A DNA stretch of 63,639 nt, filler included, from a bacterium (lineage in GTDB: Bacteria; JBBIVP01), in the NCBI GenBank assembly GCA_037439705.1. It is 4 parts of 4 records of this genome, joined end to end, with 100 filler letters (N's around TTAATTAATTAA, not from the genome) between each part and the next. Parts side by side here need not be neighbours in the genome. Positions count along the whole stretch, not along the records: positions 16,666 to 32,367 come from JBBIVP010000025.1; positions 32,468 to 48,010 come from JBBIVP010000026.1; 2 more parts are not named here. One strand, 5' to 3'. Position numbers and translations under genes: made by a program. The notes beneath the pieces are model-generated. The model was given only the letters and a program-made list of their open reading frames with translations. It did not search any database and was not told where the DNA came from. Every line of letters starts with the position of its first letter. Position 1 is the first letter of the stretch. Shown piece after piece: positions 28,659 to 39,184 of the stretch.

Positions 28659-29344
28659 GACTCTATTCTTTTAAGAATTTCAAGGAATGCCCGAGCAGGC
28701 TGAAGGGATTTTATTACGGGTCTTCCAACCACTATGTAATCCGCTCCGCTTTTTATTGCCTCTTCAGGAGTTCCTGTTCTTCTCTGGTCATCTACTTCTG
28801 ATGTAATTCTTATTCCTGGAGTGATACATATTTTATCCGGAGCAAGATTTTTAATTTTGCTTATTTCCATTGGCGAACAAACAAATCCATCCACTCCTCC
28901 CTCAATTCCAATTTTGACAATGGTTTCAAATAGAGATTCCATGGATGAAATTCCAAAAGACAAAATGGTTTCGTTATTCCACGATGTGAGAACGGTAACG
29001 CCTATCATAAGAGGAGGGGTTTCAAAGAAAGAGAGTTCATTTCTTACAGTTTTTATCATTTCCCTTCCACCCAGACAGTGAATGGTAAACATCTTTATTC
29101 CCATCCTTGCAAGCCCCTTTGCTGTGAGAGCAACCGTATTAGGAATGTCCATATGTTTCAGGTCAAGAAATACCTCAAGCCCTTTTTCTCTTGCCATATC
29201 AATAGTTCTGAAACCAACTCCGAATAATGCTACGGGTCCGATTTTTACAATTTTTGCATAAGGTGAAATTTCGTCCAGAACCCTTTTAAAATCTTCCTCC
29301 CTTTCAAGGTCAAGGGCTACTATTATCCTTTCTTCAGGTTTCAT
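28649..29344 (-). CDS. pyrF: Orotidine-5'-phosphate decarboxylase
   Basis: IVALD, FLDLKHMDIPNT, VTVLTS, TPGIR, DDQ, VVGRP. Confidence 0.97.
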   Translation of the reverse strand: MKPEERIIVALDLEREEDFKRVLDEISPYAKIVKIGPVALFGVGFRTIDMAREKGLEVFLDLKHMDIPNTVALTAKGLARMGIKMFTIHCLGGREMIKTVRNELSFFETPPLMIGVTVLTSWNNETILSFGISSMESLFETIVKIGIEGGVDGFVCSPMEISKIKNLAPDKICITPGIRITSEVDDQRRTGTPEEAIKSGADYIVVGRPVIKSLQPARAFLEILKRIESCK

Positions 29345-30627
29345 CCCTTTCTTACTTCTTCTACAAGCTTCACAACCTCTTTGTAGGAACTTTCATCAAG
29401 AAGATTTCTTCCGAGAAACTGGAGGAAGTTAAGGAGTTCGTTCATTGCCTCAATGACGAACTGGTCTCCAAGGATGTTCAACAATCCTCCCACCTTTGTT
29501 ATCTCATCCGATTCTTCAAGCAGGAGATTCCTTACATTTTCAGCGAGTTTTGTAGCCGAAACACACCCTTCATCGTCTATTTCTACATCCTGAAATATCC
29601 CTTTCATTCTTTGTGAGAGGCTCTTTTTGAAATCATCAAGATGCTTCTTTAAATCAAACCCATCAATTTTTTGCTTAAAAATCGAGACCACATTTCTGAA
29701 ACATCTGTTGTATTTTTCAATTTTTTCCTCCCACTTCAGAACCTCTTCGCTCTTTGTTTGAACTGGTTCGCCGAGAACATTTATAACTCCCAATTTAAGG
29801 AGTTGAAATAAAATCTTGTATGTTCCGAATTCTCCAAGTTTCGTTTTTCTTATTATTTCAGAGATTGATGTTTTTCCGTCTATGGTTTCCAGAACCTTCT
29901 TCACCGTTTCAGATACCTTTATGGGCGGTGGATTTGGAGAAAGTTCAAGGATTACATCGTGACTCTTTATTTTTTCTTTTATCAGAACCCATTCATCCAT
30001 CCTCCTGAAGCCTTCCATAAGAAGGTTCTGGGTGCTGAGGGATATCTGTGATAGTTCAGGGTCAACTTTTATACCGTCCATAAAAAATGATATCCCGATT
30101 TTTAAACTGAAAAGGTTATAGATGATTTCCTCCATCTGATACCTCAAACCCATCCAAAGTTCTTTTGTTGTAAGAAACCCTTTTTTAAGGAGAATTGAGC
30201 CGAACTTTCCTTCTCCCTTTTTCATTTCCTCTTCCGCAGTTTTCAGTTGTTCTTCGTTTATGTAGCCAAGTTTGAATAAAATCTGTCCTATTTTAAAAGC
30301 CTTATCCTCTGAGTAGGCATATACCACATCTCCGTTTGAGAAATATACGCTTGTGGAAAGAAACGATTCAGGAATTACCACCAGCACTCCTGTTTTTTGT
30401 GTCATATTGAGAAAGGAAAAGAGGTCTGCTATGCTGATGACCGATAAATCAACAATTATAGCAGGTATAGTTTCATCTGGATTTTTCTGGAGTATTGAGA
30501 ATTTGTATCCGGCTGGAATTATGGCAATCATTTCGTTCTCGGTTATTCCCATTTGTTTTACAATTGTTCTTGGAAGCCTTATGTTGTATCCCTCACCGAC
30601 CTTTACCTGAATCTTCGTTTTCATCAA
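29341..30627 (-). CDS. DUF4388 (PatA-N-like) domain protein with AbrB-like N-terminus and MshEN-like repeats
   Basis: IADLFSFL...KTGVL...VYF.NG.VVYA.S, KIGQILFKLG, KFGSILLKKG, LLMEGFRRMDE. Confidence 0.82.
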   Translation of the reverse strand: MMKTKIQVKVGEGYNIRLPRTIVKQMGITENEMIAIIPAGYKFSILQKNPDETIPAIIVDLSVISIADLFSFLNMTQKTGVLVVIPESFLSTSVYFSNGDVVYAYSEDKAFKIGQILFKLGYINEEQLKTAEEEMKKGEGKFGSILLKKGFLTTKELWMGLRYQMEEIIYNLFSLKIGISFFMDGIKVDPELSQISLSTQNLLMEGFRRMDEWVLIKEKIKSHDVILELSPNPPPIKVSETVKKVLETIDGKTSISEIIRKTKLGEFGTYKILFQLLKLGVINVLGEPVQTKSEEVLKWEEKIEKYNRCFRNVVSIFKQKIDGFDLKKHLDDFKKSLSQRMKGIFQDVEIDDEGCVSATKLAENVRNLLLEESDEITKVGGLLNILGDQFVIEAMNELLNFLQFLGRNLLDESSYKEVVKLVEEVRKG

Positions 30628-31748
30628 ATTATTCCTGTTTCTGAAAGAACTTTCTGAAGCTCTGAATTTTCCTCCTCTGACAGATAGAGTTTAAGTTCAA
30701 AGAGTTCAAACCTTATTAGTTCCTTTAATGCTGAAATGAGAATTGTTTCTTTGTCCGAATTTTTGCTATTTCTGAAATTTTCAAAGACCCTGTTTACATC
30801 AATGCTTCCATCCTCTCTTAATGAAATTCCTTCAAAGAGTTCCCTCATCTCTTCAGGCATATCTTCAAAAAAATTGTTAAAAAATGACAGGTAATCAAAA
30901 TCCCCGGCTTTTGATTTTATTATTGAATAGATGTCAGAGATTATTGAATTAAAGTCTTCAAGAAAATCCCTGATTTTTGTAGAAGGAACAGGTTTTGTTT
31001 CTTTAACCTCTATCAGGTTTTTTTCTTTCAATTCATGAATAACCTTGAGAAGCTTGTATTCTGAGAGTCCGGTGTTCCTCATCAAATCCTCTATCCTTAC
31101 TCCCTCTCCGATTTCTCTAAAAATCATTTTCTCTGTATGTTCTTCCGGTTCTTCTGCTTCCTCCTTTATTACGACAAACCATTTGGGAGGGAACATCTTT
31201 CTGTATGTTCCGAGTTCATCGGACATCCTTATTCCTTCCATTATCAACATCTGGGTGCTCATATTGAACCTGACAACATTTTCGTGGTCAAAGGCTCCCT
31301 CAAGAAAATAGAAGTGCCCTTTTGAAAGAGGAAAGAGATTAAAAATTATTTCCTGAACCTGAGCCCTCACTCCGTAAAATAACTCCTTCGGACTGATCCA
31401 GCCTTTCTCCACGAGCACCTTTCCGAGTTTTTTTCCTTCCTTCATTTCCCTGCTTGCTTCTTCCAGTTGAGCCATGGTAATTTTTCCCCTTCTTACAAGG
31501 GATTCACCAAGTCTGTCCTCCTTTAGATTTGAAGATGCAAACACTATCTCACCATCCTTCAGGTAGATTTTTTTCTCCACATCTTCATATCGGACAACCA
31601 GAACCCCTGTTTTTTTCTGCATGTTTAGGAGGTTGAGGATGTCAGGGATTGAGAATTTTTCTACCATTCCCATAATTGCGAAGGTACTTTCAATTGAAGG
31701 TTCTACCTCCACCCTCAGTTCTTCTGATTCAACGATTTTCTTTGCCAT
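30624..31748 (-). CDS. DUF4388 domain protein with MshEN-like repeats
   Basis: SIPDILNLL...KTGVL...IYLKDGEIVFASS, RLGESLVRRG, KLGKVLVEKG, LIMEGIRMSDE. Confidence 0.85.
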   Translation of the reverse strand: MAKKIVESEELRVEVEPSIESTFAIMGMVEKFSIPDILNLLNMQKKTGVLVVRYEDVEKKIYLKDGEIVFASSNLKEDRLGESLVRRGKITMAQLEEASREMKEGKKLGKVLVEKGWISPKELFYGVRAQVQEIIFNLFPLSKGHFYFLEGAFDHENVVRFNMSTQMLIMEGIRMSDELGTYRKMFPPKWFVVIKEEAEEPEEHTEKMIFREIGEGVRIEDLMRNTGLSEYKLLKVIHELKEKNLIEVKETKPVPSTKIRDFLEDFNSIISDIYSIIKSKAGDFDYLSFFNNFFEDMPEEMRELFEGISLREDGSIDVNRVFENFRNSKNSDKETILISALKELIRFELFELKLYLSEEENSELQKVLSETGII

Positions 31749-31755
31749 TTTTAAA

Positions 31756-31784
31756 ATTATATTAAATTAAGGGTTAGACTTCAA
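31756..31784 (-). promoter_or_regulatory. Putative sigma70 promoter, leaderless
   Basis: Minus strand TTGAAG (31784-31779), 17 nt, TATAAT (31761-31756), 7 nt before ATG 31748. Confidence 0.6.
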
Positions 31785-31859
31785 GAAGACGGCGTTCCTC
31801 AAAAATACTTGAACGAAAGTTTAAAAAAATATAACCTTTAAAAAATTAAGGAGGAAGAG

Positions 31860-32367
31860 ATGGCAGGCGGATATATGGGTAAAATTTTATGGGTTGACAT
31901 GACAAAGGGAGAATTCAAGGAAGAAAAACTCGGAGAAGAGATATATAAGGATTTTCTCGGCGGATACGGACTCGGAGTAAAAATTCTCTTTGACAGAATG
32001 AAGCCCGGAATAGACCCTCTTGGACCAGATAACATTCTTGGAATGCTTCCCGGATTCCTAACAGCAACAGGAGCGGTTTTTGTGGGAAGGTACATGGTTG
32101 TTGGAAAATCTCCTCTGACAGGTGGATGGGGCGATGCCAACTCAGGTGGATATTTCTCCCCTGAGATAAAGAAATGCGGATATGACGGGATATTTTTCAC
32201 CGGAAAATCGCCAAAACCAGTTTATCTCTTGATAAGAGAGGGGAAGATAGAAATGAGGGATGCGTCTCATCTCTGGGGTAAGGACACAATTGAAACAGAG
32301 ATGGCAATAAAAAAAGAACTCAATGATGATAAGGTTCAGGTAGCCTGTATAGGCCCAGCAGGTGAAA
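31860..32367 (+). CDS. aor: Aldehyde:ferredoxin oxidoreductase (W/Mo-pterin AOR family), N-terminal part, truncated by contig end
   Basis: GYMGKILWVD, FLGGYGLG, DPLGPDN, KSPLTG, ANSGG, GYDGI, CIGPAGE. Confidence 0.9.
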
Positions 32368-32467
32368 NNNNNNNNNNNNNNNNNNNNNNNNNNNNNNNNN
32401 NNNNNNNNNNNTTAATTAATTAANNNNNNNNNNNNNNNNNNNNNNNNNNNNNNNNNNNNNNNNNNNN
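32368..32467. other. Artificial contig linker
   Basis: TTAATTAATTAA at 32412-32423 between N runs. Confidence 0.97.
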
Positions 32468-33517
32468 TCTTACATCCTCATACCCATATTTTTTCGCTAT
32501 CAAATTGTATGTTCCGACGGGAATGTTTTGAATAAGGTAGTCCCCATCTGAATTGGTTAATCCTGTATAACTCGTCCCCTCAAAAATCAAAAGAATACCC
32601 GAATGCTCCGATGAACCCTCAAGATAAGCAACACCTGAAATAGAACCACGAGAAACCAACAAAAGAACATCCCCAACAGGTGTGGTCTGATTCTTTCCAA
32701 CAACCACATCCGTCACCACTTCCTTGTTAAACCTGTCCTTCGTAAATGTGATGTTATACCTCCCTACCGGTATAAGAGATATAATGTAATGCCCTGTCGA
32801 ATCCGTAATACCAGTTTTTCCACTTCCCTCTACACTGACAAGAATACCGCTGTGATCTGTTTCTCCCTCAAGAAATGCATACCCCTCAACCTCCCCTCGC
32901 TGAAGAAAAAGATTCACCGGAGAACCATTTCCAACATCAATTATAGAATTTGCAGAAACCTTTACACCTGTAATCTCTCTTTCCTCATAACCGCTTCTTG
33001 AAATGAGGATATCATAGGTGCCTGTAGAAACCCCTGAGATGATAAAATTGCCATCCCTGTTGGAAAATCCGGCATACAAAGTGTCTTTTATACTTATAAG
33101 TGCTCCTGAATGGTCATCTGATTCCTCAAGCAGTATCTGTCCTGCGAGACTCCCCCTGAGCCTACTGAGAAAAATCTCGCCGACATCAAGTTCTTCACCT
33201 ATTCCAACCTCAACCTCCATCGGTTCCAAATATTCCCAGTTTTCCTTACTCACAGCAATTGTGTACTTTCCCTGTGGAACATCTGTAATAGTCCAGTTTC
33301 CCTCCTTATCTGTTATAGATGTCAAGGATGTCCCTTTAAGGCTGACAATAACACCCGCATAGTCCTTTGACTCCTCAAGAATAATTTTTCCCGAAATTTT
33401 ACCCTTTTCCTGAAGGGATAACGGAGACTCGGGGTCGTATGGATTTGTGTGCTCAAGTTTTCCACACGAAAGGAAAAATAACAACCATGAAAGAGGCAGA
33501 AAAATTTTCCTTAACAT
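32468..33517 (-). CDS. Lipoprotein with tandem carboxypeptidase-regulatory-like (Cna-B/transthyretin-like) repeats, 3' truncated
   Basis: Lipobox FFLSC, NPYDP, and four ~82-86 aa repeats (G.I.G...LE...DHSG..........T...G.Y.I..VP.G.Y). Confidence 0.85.
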
Positions 33518-33520
33518 TTT

Positions 33521-34633
33521 TCACCTCCCTAATTTCAATACTAATTTATTAGGCATAAGAGATGTAACATTAAATTTCTTTCCCTTGAATTGAACCGCAG
33601 TTAAAAGCTCAGCAAGCCTATCTGATTTTCCAATAAACCTAACATCAAATATCACAGATGGAGATTCATAATTCCTCTGAACAACTTCCTTCACTCCCTC
33701 AAGACCTCCTATAAGAGTTCTTAGTTCCTTGAGTTCTTGAAAATTCACCCCTGAAATTAGAACCTCTATATTCCTTCCGTTTAATACAAACTCATTCCAC
33801 TTCTTCAACATCTTTGAAAAAATATCGTGTCCAGCCTTTGAAGAGGCATTTTTTATTGCCTTCATCACGCTTCCATCAGCACTTCCATCCACACCATTCT
33901 CCTCAACTGTTGAAAATGCATATATCTCCCCTGTTTCTCCATTCATAACCCTTATTGAAGCATATCCCTTGCTTGAATAGAGAACCCCCTTCACGGACTC
34001 AGGAGAACCCGCTTTTACAGTCCCTGTTATGATTACCTCTGCACCTGAAATTGCACCTATCTTTTTTGCAGATTGAATATCTCCCTCTGCTGCGAGCCTT
34101 ATTGAATCCGAACCAATTTTTGCCTTTACGCTCTCCGCATCAAGAAGTGATAATTCCTTATCCATCAGGTATTCACTTAGAGTATTCTCTGCAATTTTTG
34201 ATTGACTTGAACCCCCACCCTCCATCTCTGCAATCATTACAATCACCCTCGGTTTATCCATCTTTTTGTATATGAATGTGGCATCATCACGGACATCTTT
34301 TGCACTAACAACCGCTGAAATTTTGACATAGTAATCTTCTCCTTTCTTCCCTTCTTCAAGAACTTTATACTCATGGATGTAACCCCTTGCCCTTGATATG
34401 ATTTCATCCTTGACAAGTTCAAAATCCTCAACTACAGTCTCGCTTATAATCTCTGAACCAACCTGCTCAACCGCATTTCTCATAGCCTGTATCAAAGCTG
34501 ACTCCTTGGCAGATTTTACATCTCCCTTCACTACCTTTGCGAAACCTTCTCCTGTCACTGTTTTCGCCTCTTCAGCGTTCACCACGAAAACAATTAATAA
34601 AATTGTCCCTATAATTGTGGCGATTCTCTTCAT
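33521..34633 (-). CDS. Exported protein with FlgT N-terminal-like domain and CsgG/TolB_N-like middle domain
   Basis: Signal peptide; V.GEG.A......AKESAL..A.RNAVEQVG..I.SET.V.DF...D.I.....G.I..Y.VL.E pattern; KPRVIVMI; GAEVIITG. Confidence 0.7.
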   Translation of the reverse strand: MKRIATIIGTILLIVFVVNAEEAKTVTGEGFAKVVKGDVKSAKESALIQAMRNAVEQVGSEIISETVVEDFELVKDEIISRARGYIHEYKVLEEGKKGEDYYVKISAVVSAKDVRDDATFIYKKMDKPRVIVMIAEMEGGGSSQSKIAENTLSEYLMDKELSLLDAESVKAKIGSDSIRLAAEGDIQSAKKIGAISGAEVIITGTVKAGSPESVKGVLYSSKGYASIRVMNGETGEIYAFSTVEENGVDGSADGSVMKAIKNASSKAGHDIFSKMLKKWNEFVLNGRNIEVLISGVNFQELKELRTLIGGLEGVKEVVQRNYESPSVIFDVRFIGKSDRLAELLTAVQFKGKKFNVTSLMPNKLVLKLGR

Positions 34634-36507
34634 TTCTGCACCTCCTTATTTTTTATTGTATAAACCTTAACTATCTCTTCTTTACCTTTTACCTTTGTCT
34701 CTCCAAGCGGTACAAGTTCAAAATAATCCTTTACCTTTTCTGCTGTCTTGTGTGAAATGACGATGGGCACTTTGAATTCCTTCGTCAGTCCCTCAACCCT
34801 TGAAGCGAGATTGACCCCATCCCCTATTACCGTATAATCCATCTTGCTCTCTGAGCCCATATTTCCAATAACAACCACATCTGTATTTATACCTATGCCA
34901 ATTCTTATAGTTGGCCATCCTTTATTTGAATTTTCCTTGTTAAACCCTTCAAGCCTTTTTACCATTTCCAGAGCGCACCTGCATGCTTTAATTGCGTGTT
35001 CCTTGTCCTCCACTGGTGCTCCAAAAAACACCATTATGGCATCTCCAATAAACTTATCTATTACCCCGTTATTTGAAAATATAACATCTGTCATAGCAGT
35101 GAAGTAGGCATTTAACATCTCTACAAGGGCATCAGGAGGCATCTTTTCTGAAATAGGAGTAAAATCCCTTATGTCTGAGAAAAGAATTGTCAGTTCTTTT
35201 TTTATACCACCCGGGCGGATGAGTTCTGGATTCTTCAAAATCTCATTCACTATTTGAGCAGACATATATCTCCCGAATGTTTCCCTTATTACCTTCTTTT
35301 CCCTTCTTTCAAGATATCTGTGATATCCAAGACCTGTGATAAATAGTGTAAAAAACATCCCGATAGAAGGAAATTGAGTCACATAAATAGAATGGGTTTT
35401 CAAAAGGAAATAATCAAAAGATAAAATCCCTCCTATTAAAATCAAAAAAATTATGAGTCTCAACAAAGCAGGTATATTGAAAAGGACAAAAATCGTTCCT
35501 CCTATGACCCCGCATATCACTATGAATAGAACCTCTTTTGAAATGGAGGGTATCTTTATGGAATTTCCCCGAAGGAGGTTAGCAACTGCATGGGCATGTA
35601 TTTCTATTCCGGGCATCGCTCCTTCAACCATAACATACACTTCTTTTTTTCTGCCCCCTTTAAACCATTCTGAAAATGGAACCGGATAATAGTCATGAAA
35701 AAGGTATGATGTATTACCGAGCATAACTATTTTGCCCTCAACATCTTCCTTTTTAAAGTTTCCAGAATAAACATCATGAAAGGAAATATATTTAATGCTT
35801 CCCTTTCCACCATAATAATTTATCAACATGCTTCCTTCCGTAACATTTGCCTTTATGTCTCCCCACTGAAGGAGTGAATCTTTTGAAAGGTCCATAGGAG
35901 GGATATCTTCTTTTTTATCACCGAAGAGAAAGGCTCCCGCCACAAGAAGTGAAAAGGCGGGAATATATTCTAAATTTCCTACTTCATCAAGAATTCCATA
36001 TACCATCTGAAGTCTTCTAACCCTTCCATCCGAATCAGAAGAATTTATGTTTACAATACCCATTCCCGAAGAGGCGTTGAAGAAGATATCAAGTGGTTTG
36101 TTCAAACCCATTGATGAAAAATACCCTGCGAGAATTACATTTCCTGCATATTCAATTGACTCTTTAAGAACCCTATCGTCCTCCTCTCCATAGATGGATG
36201 GAGATGAAAAAATTATATCTACTCCTACAACCTTTGCTCCCGCATCTGCGAGTTTCCTTATCACATCAGCATAAATTCTCCTCTCCCAGTGAGATATGTT
36301 TTTACCGATAAAATTCTTTGATTCATCGTTTATATCAACAATCACAATGGGCAGGTCTAAATTCTTTTTTCCCCTCACCTTCATAGTCATATCAAATAAC
36401 AGATCTTCAATGCTTCTGTGAAATGAAAAAATATAAAAGACAAGCCAGAAAATTAAATTGCCAACTATGATAGGAGATGAGTAAATTAGGCGCTGGTTCT
36501 TCCTCAT
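34630..36507 (-). CDS. CHASE2-domain class III adenylate/guanylate cyclase
   Basis: IVIVDIND, GVDIIF, DSDGRVRR, PGIEIHA (CHASE2), three TM helices, then LFSDIRDFT, DKFIGDA, GIGIN, DYTVIGDGVNLASRVE, VKGK. Lys and Asp specificity residues suggest ATP. Confidence 0.93.
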   Translation of the reverse strand: MRKNQRLIYSSPIIVGNLIFWLVFYIFSFHRSIEDLLFDMTMKVRGKKNLDLPIVIVDINDESKNFIGKNISHWERRIYADVIRKLADAGAKVVGVDIIFSSPSIYGEEDDRVLKESIEYAGNVILAGYFSSMGLNKPLDIFFNASSGMGIVNINSSDSDGRVRRLQMVYGILDEVGNLEYIPAFSLLVAGAFLFGDKKEDIPPMDLSKDSLLQWGDIKANVTEGSMLINYYGGKGSIKYISFHDVYSGNFKKEDVEGKIVMLGNTSYLFHDYYPVPFSEWFKGGRKKEVYVMVEGAMPGIEIHAHAVANLLRGNSIKIPSISKEVLFIVICGVIGGTIFVLFNIPALLRLIIFLILIGGILSFDYFLLKTHSIYVTQFPSIGMFFTLFITGLGYHRYLERREKKVIRETFGRYMSAQIVNEILKNPELIRPGGIKKELTILFSDIRDFTPISEKMPPDALVEMLNAYFTAMTDVIFSNNGVIDKFIGDAIMVFFGAPVEDKEHAIKACRCALEMVKRLEGFNKENSNKGWPTIRIGIGINTDVVVIGNMGSESKMDYTVIGDGVNLASRVEGLTKEFKVPIVISHKTAEKVKDYFELVPLGETKVKGKEEIVKVYTIKNKEVQK

Positions 36508-37943
36508 CCTTCAGTTCCTCCCACCTGACCACCTTTTATTATCACAAACCTTCCTGCTCTTACTGCTCCTCCGCCATCTTTTTTTATCTTCTCAGCATCC
36601 CTTTCGCTTATCACTATACATCCCCCTCTATTTCCGCTCACACCTATTGCCTTAAGGTCTATTCTCTTTTTACCCGATACATCCTTTTCACTATTAAGGT
36701 ATTTACCCGCACCATTGCTTTTCAAAAACTCCTGTGAAACAAATTCGGCAGAATAGATTTTCTCCCCCTTATCGGTTTTTATCTGAGGAAAAAGTGCAGG
36801 TTTAATTCCTTTAATCTCGCTTGCGTCCACCACAATAAGGACATCATCTCCCTTTTCAGCCCACCTCGGAGGAGAATAATTTATTTTTTGAGCAAAAGCA
36901 GATGTTATTCCTCCTACTCCGCTAAAAGGAACCCTTATCCTCACATAATAATAATCGCCATCCACCCCTTCCTTCACTATCTCTGCGTCCTTGATAACTC
37001 CCTTTATAACATAAACCATATCCGGATTTTCTTTAACCACATCTTCCACTGTTCTTTCTCCGTCAAAATTAAGTTTTGAAAGGATTTTGAGCAGATTACC
37101 TTCAGCAGATACAAAACCTGCTCTCCTGAGCAATTCTTCAGATTTTCCGTTCCGTTTAACCCTGCCCTCTGCCTCAATGTATCCCTCTCCCCAGTTAACC
37201 AATCCCTCTTTAAACCTTTCCTCAAAGCCTCCTCCAGAAATTTTTCTCCTGAACCCGTACTTTTCAATAACCTCCTTAGGGACAGAAACCACCGCAGAAA
37301 TTTTTACATATCCCTCATCACCATTTACTCCCTTTTCAAGAACTCTGTAGGAGAGAAACGCCCTGCTTTCTGCAATGACCCTTTCAAAATCCTCCTTTGT
37401 ATGAATGGTAACTGCCATTCCGTAAGCCTTTTCCACAGCATCCCTTTTCGCCCTCAGAAGAAGAACCCTCTCAACCTCCTTCTCACTTCCCTTTTTGAAT
37501 TTACCCTTTGCCTCTCCAATTACCTCCACATCTAAAAAGGCTTTCTCAGAAGGCTTTTTCTCCTCCACAACAATTTCCCTCATAACCCCTTCAACACCGG
37601 ACTTTAGACCTTCGGTTTCAACCCCTGTCTCCGACTTTAAAACCTCTCCCTTCAAAAGGTCAACTATTCTATAAGAGATTTTTCCCTCTATATCCTTACA
37701 TACAATAATAAAATCTTGAGGAAGCCACTTCTCAAACTTTCCCTGTTTAACCAGTTTAATTTTGCTCTCCTCAAGCATAGAAGCAATGTCTTCATAAGAT
37801 ACAACTTCTACACCGGAAATATCTTTCAAAGAATCTTTCGCTTTCTCACATTTATCACCCTCACCAATAAAGAGAAAACTGGTTGAAAATCCTGAAAGAG
37901 GAAAAATTAGTCCAAAAACTGTTAATAAAACTACTTTCTTCAT
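36504..37943 (-). CDS. Exported protein with FlgT-N/LPP20-like domains
   Basis: Signal peptide; AKRDAVEKAYG; VNWGEGYIEAEG...RRAG...A..NL...L...V.GVIK.AEIV; LIVVDA...KPALFPQI. Confidence 0.6.
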   Translation of the reverse strand: MKKVVLLTVFGLIFPLSGFSTSFLFIGEGDKCEKAKDSLKDISGVEVVSYEDIASMLEESKIKLVKQGKFEKWLPQDFIIVCKDIEGKISYRIVDLLKGEVLKSETGVETEGLKSGVEGVMREIVVEEKKPSEKAFLDVEVIGEAKGKFKKGSEKEVERVLLLRAKRDAVEKAYGMAVTIHTKEDFERVIAESRAFLSYRVLEKGVNGDEGYVKISAVVSVPKEVIEKYGFRRKISGGGFEERFKEGLVNWGEGYIEAEGRVKRNGKSEELLRRAGFVSAEGNLLKILSKLNFDGERTVEDVVKENPDMVYVIKGVIKDAEIVKEGVDGDYYYVRIRVPFSGVGGITSAFAQKINYSPPRWAEKGDDVLIVVDASEIKGIKPALFPQIKTDKGEKIYSAEFVSQEFLKSNGAGKYLNSEKDVSGKKRIDLKAIGVSGNRGGCIVISERDAEKIKKDGGGAVRAGRFVIIKGGQVGGTEG

Positions 37944-38912
37944 TTAAAACCTCCATTCAAGAGAGAGTGAAGACGAACCTTCTGGCCCAATTGTGGCTCC
38001 AAGCCTCACCCCCTCTTTTTTAGTTTTCAATTTTAGCCTTTTCTCACTTTTTCCACTGACTACCGCATCAATAACATTTAAAGCCCATACCCCTATTGCA
38101 GAATAGATAAATGCATTTGTCATAACCCTGTACCTTTCAGCTTTATCGTAATACCTCTGTGCCTCTTCAGTACTCGTTGCATTTTTGTATTTGTCATATC
38201 TATCTTCTTTCAGAAAATAGCTCCATACCGCTCCGCCAACAGCAACCGCTTCCAGTCCTATTATTATGTATGCCTTCCACGCCTGTCTGTTGTAAAACTG
38301 ACCCCATCCGGGTGCAACAAGGGAACGATAAAGTGAATCAACCCTTGTTCTCTTTACAATCATCTCTTCGCTCAATGCCACCATCCCGATCCTCTTAATT
38401 TTTGTTTTAAGGGCGAGAAGAACCTTACCCGATGAAACCTCTATGAGCCTTGAAACAACCACAAACTCGTCCGCTATCTCGTTCACACTTCCTGTAACTA
38501 TTGCCTGAGCCTCAAGAAGATTACCAACCGCCTTTGCGTTCTCTCCCTCTGTGATTCCAAGGAGGCTCAATTTCATTTCTTCAAGGACAGCGTCAATTTT
38601 TTCCCTCTCAACAAGTTTTATATTTGGAAAATTAGATTTTAACCTCTCTCCTAAAAGTTCCGTAACTATCTCTCCAACCTTCATATCCATTGCATCTCTT
38701 CCAAGATTGGCGAATTTTACAACCGCAATTCTCTCAAGCCCCTGAATTTTCTGAACCTCAGCTCCTAATTTTTGAGAAAGGTTTTCCATTACAGATTCTA
38801 TCTCCTTCTTGCCATCACTTACAGGTTCATCAGCAAAAGCAGATAGAAAACCGAAAAGGAAAACTGCGCCCATCAAAAAATCCCATATCTTATTTTTGCT
38901 ACCTACTTTCAT
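37944..38912 (-). CDS. FlgO/CsgG-like (TolB_N fold) outer-membrane-associated protein with C-terminal DUF5683-like domain
   Basis: SD AAGGAG before ATG 38912; RIAVVKF, LVERE.ID.VL.E, A.AIVTGSV, SRLIEVSSG; SLVAPGWGQFYN; terminal WRF. Confidence 0.72.
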   Translation of the reverse strand: MKVGSKNKIWDFLMGAVFLFGFLSAFADEPVSDGKKEIESVMENLSQKLGAEVQKIQGLERIAVVKFANLGRDAMDMKVGEIVTELLGERLKSNFPNIKLVEREKIDAVLEEMKLSLLGITEGENAKAVGNLLEAQAIVTGSVNEIADEFVVVSRLIEVSSGKVLLALKTKIKRIGMVALSEEMIVKRTRVDSLYRSLVAPGWGQFYNRQAWKAYIIIGLEAVAVGGAVWSYFLKEDRYDKYKNATSTEEAQRYYDKAERYRVMTNAFIYSAIGVWALNVIDAVVSGKSEKRLKLKTKKEGVRLGATIGPEGSSSLSLEWRF

Positions 38913-39147
38913 CTCAGTCTCCTTTTTTGAATTTTTTAGCAAATTTTATGCCTGAAAATGCAATTAAAAATCATAGATGCACTGTCAAAAACATAAATTA
39001 AATGACCAAAAATTGACATTGGGTTTGGTCCTTTTGAATTCATAAAATAATTTTACCAGCAACAAAATCAATTTTCAACAAAAATTTTAATATACTATCG
39101 CCAGTTTCTGTCGCTCCATTACAAACAGTGATTACAGATTTTTCAAA

Positions 39148-39184
39148 TTTTGCATTTTTCGTTTTGCATTTTTCACTTTGCATT
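39148..39184 (-). repeat. Short tandem heptamer repeat
   Basis: Minus strand AATGCAA AGTGAAA AATGCAA AACGAAA AATGCAA (14-bp period) across the activase stop codon. Confidence 0.65.
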
